Shown one piece after another: positions 60,301 to 64,000 of a DNA stretch of 64,000 bases; positions within the stretch are counted from its first letter, which is position 1, and the number at the start of each line of letters is the position of its first letter. The stretch is from an uncultured Desulfobacter sp. Lineage in GTDB: Bacteria > Desulfobacterota > Desulfobacteria > Desulfobacterales > Desulfobacteraceae. The notes beneath the pieces were generated by a model. That model was not told the origin of the DNA. It did not search any database and saw only the letters and a program-made list of their open reading frames with translations. A program made the translations under genes and the position numbers. The DNA lies in NCBI GenBank assembly GCA_963665095.1, contig OY762069.1:6842359-6906358 (forward strand), in the 5' to 3' direction.

Positions 60301-62273
60301 GCAAAGATTTCATTATCCTGGCGGATCTGACCTCCACCATCACCGCCAAACTTGAAACCGAGATCGAACAGGGAGTCAATGAAATTATTCAGTCTGCCCA
60401 CTTAAGCTCCAAACAGGTGGCATTGGATCTGAAATCGGCTAAAAAGGATGTTACAACAGCACAGGCCAAAGTGTCGGACGCCCTTCAACAGATTACGGAC
60501 AAGATTGAAAAAGATCCGGGGGTCCAAGCCCTGGAAAGCAAGGTGAATAATGCTGTCAACTACCTGGAACACGGGGTTTACGACGACATTGACAAGCTGT
60601 GCGACAAAACCTGTTGCCATGAAGCCTTGGGTATTCGGAAATGTATCGCAGAGGGCGCCTGTAAAACAGGCCTGGGCTACATGGTCAAAGGTGCCGGTCG
60701 GGCCGTTTCTACCCTTAAAGAAGAGCTGAATACCGCCAAAGACAAGGTTCAGATTCCCAAGGCATTGAGCAAGGCCGTGGATACCGCCAATGATGATTTG
60801 ACCAAGGCCACGGGCCTTCTGAACCAGATTCAGTCTCTGGGTGAAAATATCAGCGGTGCGACAACCTTTCTGACCGCTCTGGAAGAGGATATTGACCAGT
60901 ACTTGAAAAAGAATGCCATTGTGGTGGACAAGGCTGTCTTGACCGGCAGTTTTTCCGGACTGCAAAAAGGGCTCTCCCTGGTGCTGGCGGTCACGTATGT
61001 GCTGGACGGCAACACGCAAACCGACTATTTCGGATTCAAACCCGGGGACGCGGATTACAATGCCAGGGCATTGGCCCTTCTGCCGGTGAGGGTTCTGGAT
61101 GCCTGTTTACATCAAATCGATAAAGACAGTTCCCAGTACCTGACGAACTGGCTCATGAGCATTGTAGATGCACAGCTTGCCAAGGCCATCAAGGATGTGG
61201 AAACTGAACTGCAAACCGAGGAAAAAGGATATGAAAAGGTTGCGAACACCATTCTTTCCGTCCGAAACAGTTTGGCTGGCTACCGGGTGGGATTTCACAC
61301 GGATCTTGCCAGGACGGCGGCCACTTACAGCCGGACCGATCTACTACCGCCCAGTAAAACCTTTAAGCGGCGTTACCTGGCCGTGGGACACAGTGCCCTG
61401 TGCTTAGGTGTTGCCGAAAACGGGGTGGATGTGTACCAGGAGAACTGCCGGGATATCGGCAGTGAGCAGTGGAGTGCCCATGATCTTGGCAACGGGTATG
61501 TGCAGCTTAAAAGCGACGGGCTTTGCCTGAAGGCAAGGGCCAAAGATAACAGCAATACAAATCCACTGATTTTGGCCCGGTGCAATGGCACTGATCTCCA
61601 TGAGCAGTGGAAGATTCTGTCTGCAGATGGTTTTTTTGATAAAGTTGTGAACCGGTACTCAGAAAAATGCCTCCATTTTGATAGTGAAAATGCCAATCCC
61701 AAGACAGCCTATGCCGTCTGGACCCCCTGCCTTGGCATGGACAGCCAGACCTTCAGAGATATTGATGATGCCCAGCGCCCCACATGGCATAGGGCAAAGG
61801 ACCAGGTAGAGGCCCGGGCAGGCGTCTGCCTGTCAGCCAAAAAAGAGTTTATATCCTATTTTAAAAAGAATAAAAAAGGGCATCTGACTGCCACCCGGTC
61901 CAGCCACACAGCAATGCAGCACAGGGCTGAGGATGTCCTGGTTACGGGGAACTGCAGCCCCTCCTCCGCCAATACCTTTAACTATGTGGAGATGGTGGAC
62001 GGGGATATCAAGCTGGTGCACGCGGACACGGGCTGGTGCGTGGCGCCCCAGTCAAAAACAGGTGGGAAGCTGGTACTTACGCCCTGTAATAGAAATGCAA
62101 ATCAGCTATGGGACAACCGCCCGGAAGGGGACGGGTTTACCATGGAAAACAGGTATCTGAAAGACCGATGTATCTCCCTTGAACCGCCTCAGGGCAAACA
62201 GACCCAGGGCAGGGCACAGCTTTTACGCCGCAAGGGCAATGATAAAACCCAGGACATAAGGTTTAAAAAATAG
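57306..62273 (+). CDS. 1655-aa exported multidomain protein with central hydrophobic hairpin, coiled coil and two C-terminal ricin-type beta-trefoil domains
   Basis: Signal peptide ending in ALA; ~65-aa hydrophobic stretch near 59487-59690; CL...C...QxW repeats (EQWS, EQWK, SQTF, NQLW) after ~61370. Confidence 0.85.
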   Translation: MRFFLVSPRHFLLSLCCFLLSFFMFYPSFEALADETESHDEADKEDSESPYNITNKTIAGNKVVIFNFEKKSKKEKINLQYPDEIYTAYFFEQLQFNALLPDGLDSDPPDIDIANVLFLSGPHDFDVTVTKENIPPEIFSKIEAGWGKWEDIPVKNGLLFRGCLDAGKNLDLRKSLESLGVKFRAFPIAGTLGIDPMDLLLKRKKYLKDDFLKGLSLEIDLDLPTLKGIDQFFGFDTFKLGLSSGIYYEDPWSRLPEAMTEGVKKKHDLNLFFSGGAWIKIAGVKKGLNALIDITAQDKKTRFTLLGLADEKFDFSKLLDIPIDFGDDCGYRLILDPSSGAVNADITGFSRVSFNEKSIDVVVDFNLDEKKERPELHYIEFDDDILLSDIVGSRLSGKISDNLLKLGLNKLRLQPDGFSAQATLFSEPVDFFLFDTGEGPDKGVNLVFGMEKSITLDQLCVEKSGKDALKKVALPGTLFFFSEKGISVTRKEITSDILKQVFDKVCEDPDQRLKMNGAGFLCKFDQDNFGTIGKAAKKLGAEDDTMVLADMAGVFDSRPFAMNLYLLCDIKKTSIPAAIKKLVSFPKDTIPRIHLGVMKDEISLGLGAQFNLGSKGGLPGALAGEVQVDLDDDGLGLNFLGRLEAWTHPFDMPSITLQDVMFEIDLDDEATIKPGFGSKVNYLGHDVQVDGSLRMELGDGGFPLPTGVAFKGAIDTLDSETWMYVDDVIVLIIVVAVLALIAGGAGFLLIGLLSGGTAWIVAGAVGAAVGVTGLALFTNVIGPSITVAVIGDIVVENVAHPDHLKKSLNSLKKLEVGDGLKQLVDAAVVPVKTDFKAADKAFAALEAKIVTLKDAYLSFASPGAEDAGNNIPEGLYVHGEAYLFDTIPLGSQSHKAYEEDEQKESGNTVTATATSANGASVYQGKKGNKARDFTLGPLHFTGNQLYTRPDPLGMTSTVKLFGVQEAVTLKFDNGLYFDTDTTLGDLGDINLRFTWDQARKDFIILADLTSTITAKLETEIEQGVNEIIQSAHLSSKQVALDLKSAKKDVTTAQAKVSDALQQITDKIEKDPGVQALESKVNNAVNYLEHGVYDDIDKLCDKTCCHEALGIRKCIAEGACKTGLGYMVKGAGRAVSTLKEELNTAKDKVQIPKALSKAVDTANDDLTKATGLLNQIQSLGENISGATTFLTALEEDIDQYLKKNAIVVDKAVLTGSFSGLQKGLSLVLAVTYVLDGNTQTDYFGFKPGDADYNARALALLPVRVLDACLHQIDKDSSQYLTNWLMSIVDAQLAKAIKDVETELQTEEKGYEKVANTILSVRNSLAGYRVGFHTDLARTAATYSRTDLLPPSKTFKRRYLAVGHSALCLGVAENGVDVYQENCRDIGSEQWSAHDLGNGYVQLKSDGLCLKARAKDNSNTNPLILARCNGTDLHEQWKILSADGFFDKVVNRYSEKCLHFDSENANPKTAYAVWTPCLGMDSQTFRDIDDAQRPTWHRAKDQVEARAGVCLSAKKEFISYFKKNKKGHLTATRSSHTAMQHRAEDVLVTGNCSPSSANTFNYVEMVDGDIKLVHADTGWCVAPQSKTGGKLVLTPCNRNANQLWDNRPEGDGFTMENRYLKDRCISLEPPQGKQTQGRAQLLRRKGNDKTQDIRFKK

Positions 62274-64000
62274 ATGATGACAGCGCTAAACAATATAATA
62301 TGTGTTCTGATGATTTTTGGGGTTTTCTTTACAGCCGGGTGCGGCAGCCTGGATCATAAGGCAGGTGTCTGTGAGAACAAAACGCCTGTGGAAGACCTGA
62401 ATGCCGCCCTGGACAGCCTCTGCCCGGAAACGGAGCAGCAACGTTTAGTGAAAACCGGGATGCAGAAGTTGACTGCCAAAGATTATGAGGGGGCATCCGA
62501 TCTGTTTTCAAAGGGACTGCGTCTGGATCCGGCCAACGGATACCTTCATTTTCTAAATGCCATGACCTACCATTTACGGGCAGGATCCGGAAATGCCAGA
62601 ATGTTGCAGCTGGCCAAAAGCGGGTATGCCACAGCTTTAAAATTTGACAATGCCAATTACATGGCCGCCTACCTGCTGGGGCAGATTGACATGGAACAAA
62701 AGCAGTTTGCCGATGCCCAGAACCACTTTGCCTACGGCCTGCTCTATGCCCCGGACAATCTTTTACTGCTCAGGGCAATGGCTGCGGCATCCTACTACAA
62801 CCGGGATCTGGAGGTGTGCAGGTGGGCTGCGGAAAAAGCCTATGAAACAGATCCGCAAAACCCGGATAATATCCGGAATCTGATGTTTTCCCGGGCTGCT
62901 TCAGGCGGCATCAGCCAGGCCCGGGAGCTGTTGCCGGTTTATTCCAGTGCCATTTTGGATCTGAGTCCGGAGATGAGTAACAATTTCAGACAGGTTCGCC
63001 TGGACAGCCTTGCCGGACGGCTGGACAACTGGAACGCTTTTTATGCAGCAAACTCTATTTTTGGAAATCCCGTTGGCACCAACGAACTGATTAACGGTCC
63101 AGATGCGGCGGATGATGAATGGCAGAAACCCGCAACCCGGTTAAATCCAGGCACGGATGCCGGTAAAAAAGAGACCGCCCCCAAAATGGCCCAGGTGGAT
63201 GTGGTGATATTACGGACCGAAGAGAGCCGGTCACAGGCCAGGGGAGTTAATCTTCTGGAGGGGCTTCAGACCACCCTTGCCGGCACCCTGTTTGAGTACA
63301 ATCTGGATATAACCAAGTCAGACAGCAACACCTCAAAGTACAGAGGGTATTCCATGGATACAAGGTTTGATCTTTTGGGGCTGGAATACAACTTAAATAT
63401 ATTTAACGATGGGAAAAACAAGGCCGAGGTACTGGCCCGGCCCTCCCTGGTGGCCACAGAGAATCAAACCTCTGAGTTTTTTTCCGGCGGAGAACTGCAT
63501 GTTCAACTCTCCAGCCAGAATTCCGATGGGTCCATGGTGGATATTCCCATCGGCATCAGCCTGGCTGTCACGCCTGAATTTCTGGGTGCCGACACAGTCA
63601 AACTCATAGTAAAGGCCTCCCGTTCCTTCCTGGATATGCAGGCTGAGGAGGTGGGGTTCTCTGCGTTTTCCCAGACCACTAAAACCTCTGTTAATGCCAC
63701 GGCCATCCTCAAGTTCGGAGAGACCCTCATGCTCAGCGGCCTGTCCGAGACTTCAACGGATTCAAGTAATTCCGGGGTCCCTTTGCTCAAGGATATACCA
63801 GGCATCCAGTATCTGTTTTCCAGGGATGAGAAGCTGGAAACCAAAAAATCCATTCTTATTTTTCTGACGCCAAGAAGACCCCGTTATGCCGAAGACCTGG
63901 ACACTGAGGCCCTTGACAGGAAAGACGATCTGGAAAAGATCCATGTGACTTCCTTACGTCATCAGGAAAAAATTGCCAACACCAACCTGAACGCAGCCAT
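62274..64000 (+). CDS. Lipoprotein with TPR repeats and a C-terminal secretin domain (partial, runs off window)
   Basis: Open frame from ATG 62274; lipobox FTAG-C23; TPR helices (GLRLDPANG, ALKFDNANY, GLLYAPDN); secretin motifs AQVDVVIL, VLARPSLVATENQTSEFFSG, IGISLAVTP, GETLMLSGL, GVPLLKDIPGIQYLFS, ILIFLTP. Confidence 0.9.
   Translation, partial: MMTALNNIICVLMIFGVFFTAGCGSLDHKAGVCENKTPVEDLNAALDSLCPETEQQRLVKTGMQKLTAKDYEGASDLFSKGLRLDPANGYLHFLNAMTYHLRAGSGNARMLQLAKSGYATALKFDNANYMAAYLLGQIDMEQKQFADAQNHFAYGLLYAPDNLLLLRAMAAASYYNRDLEVCRWAAEKAYETDPQNPDNIRNLMFSRAASGGISQARELLPVYSSAILDLSPEMSNNFRQVRLDSLAGRLDNWNAFYAANSIFGNPVGTNELINGPDAADDEWQKPATRLNPGTDAGKKETAPKMAQVDVVILRTEESRSQARGVNLLEGLQTTLAGTLFEYNLDITKSDSNTSKYRGYSMDTRFDLLGLEYNLNIFNDGKNKAEVLARPSLVATENQTSEFFSGGELHVQLSSQNSDGSMVDIPIGISLAVTPEFLGADTVKLIVKASRSFLDMQAEEVGFSAFSQTTKTSVNATAILKFGETLMLSGLSETSTDSSNSGVPLLKDIPGIQYLFSRDEKLETKKSILIFLTPRRPRYAEDLDTEALDRKDDLEKIHVTSLRHQEKIANTNLNAA

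Noticed and set aside
1..64000. CRISPR arrays, tRNA/rRNA genes, transposases, integrases, prophage or defence genes
   Set aside because: None recognised by eye; no regularly spaced repeats or diagnostic motifs were seen. A formal scan was not possible.

Overview
64-kb window from a sulfate-reducing deltaproteobacterium (gene content suggests Desulfobacteraceae; inference). Most of it is core genome: sat, the rsmI-yraN-rnhB-rplS-trmD-rimM-khpA-rpsP-ffh cluster, rlmN, nth, ubiB-like kinase, acyl-CoA dehydrogenases with ETF, ampG, an RND pump, lon, metK-ahcY and oxidative/persulfide stress genes. Most notable: (1) at the right end, a co-oriented locus with a secreted alpha/beta hydrolase, a 1655-aa exported protein (beta-rich region, hydrophobic hairpin, coiled coil, two ricin-type lectin domains) and a lipoprotein fusing TPR repeats directly to a secretin domain (missing from the ORF track because it runs off the window), a candidate undescribed secretin-based system; (2) a DUF1573-type exported selenoprotein split in the ORF track by an in-frame UGA (U-G-C motif); (3) an NrtA/CmpA-type ABC transporter operon interleaved with cytoplasmic binding-protein domains, a receiver-binding protein fusion and an Hpt protein; (4) a candidate sigma-54-dependent ~84-nt sRNA; (5) divergent sigma-54 promoters for dsrE-like and prx-dfx-persulfide dioxygenase-like genes; (6) a deletion scar fusing an AcoR-like activator to an aldA C-terminus, and a MITE-like repeat in two copies. 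All calls come from reading the sequence; no searches were run.
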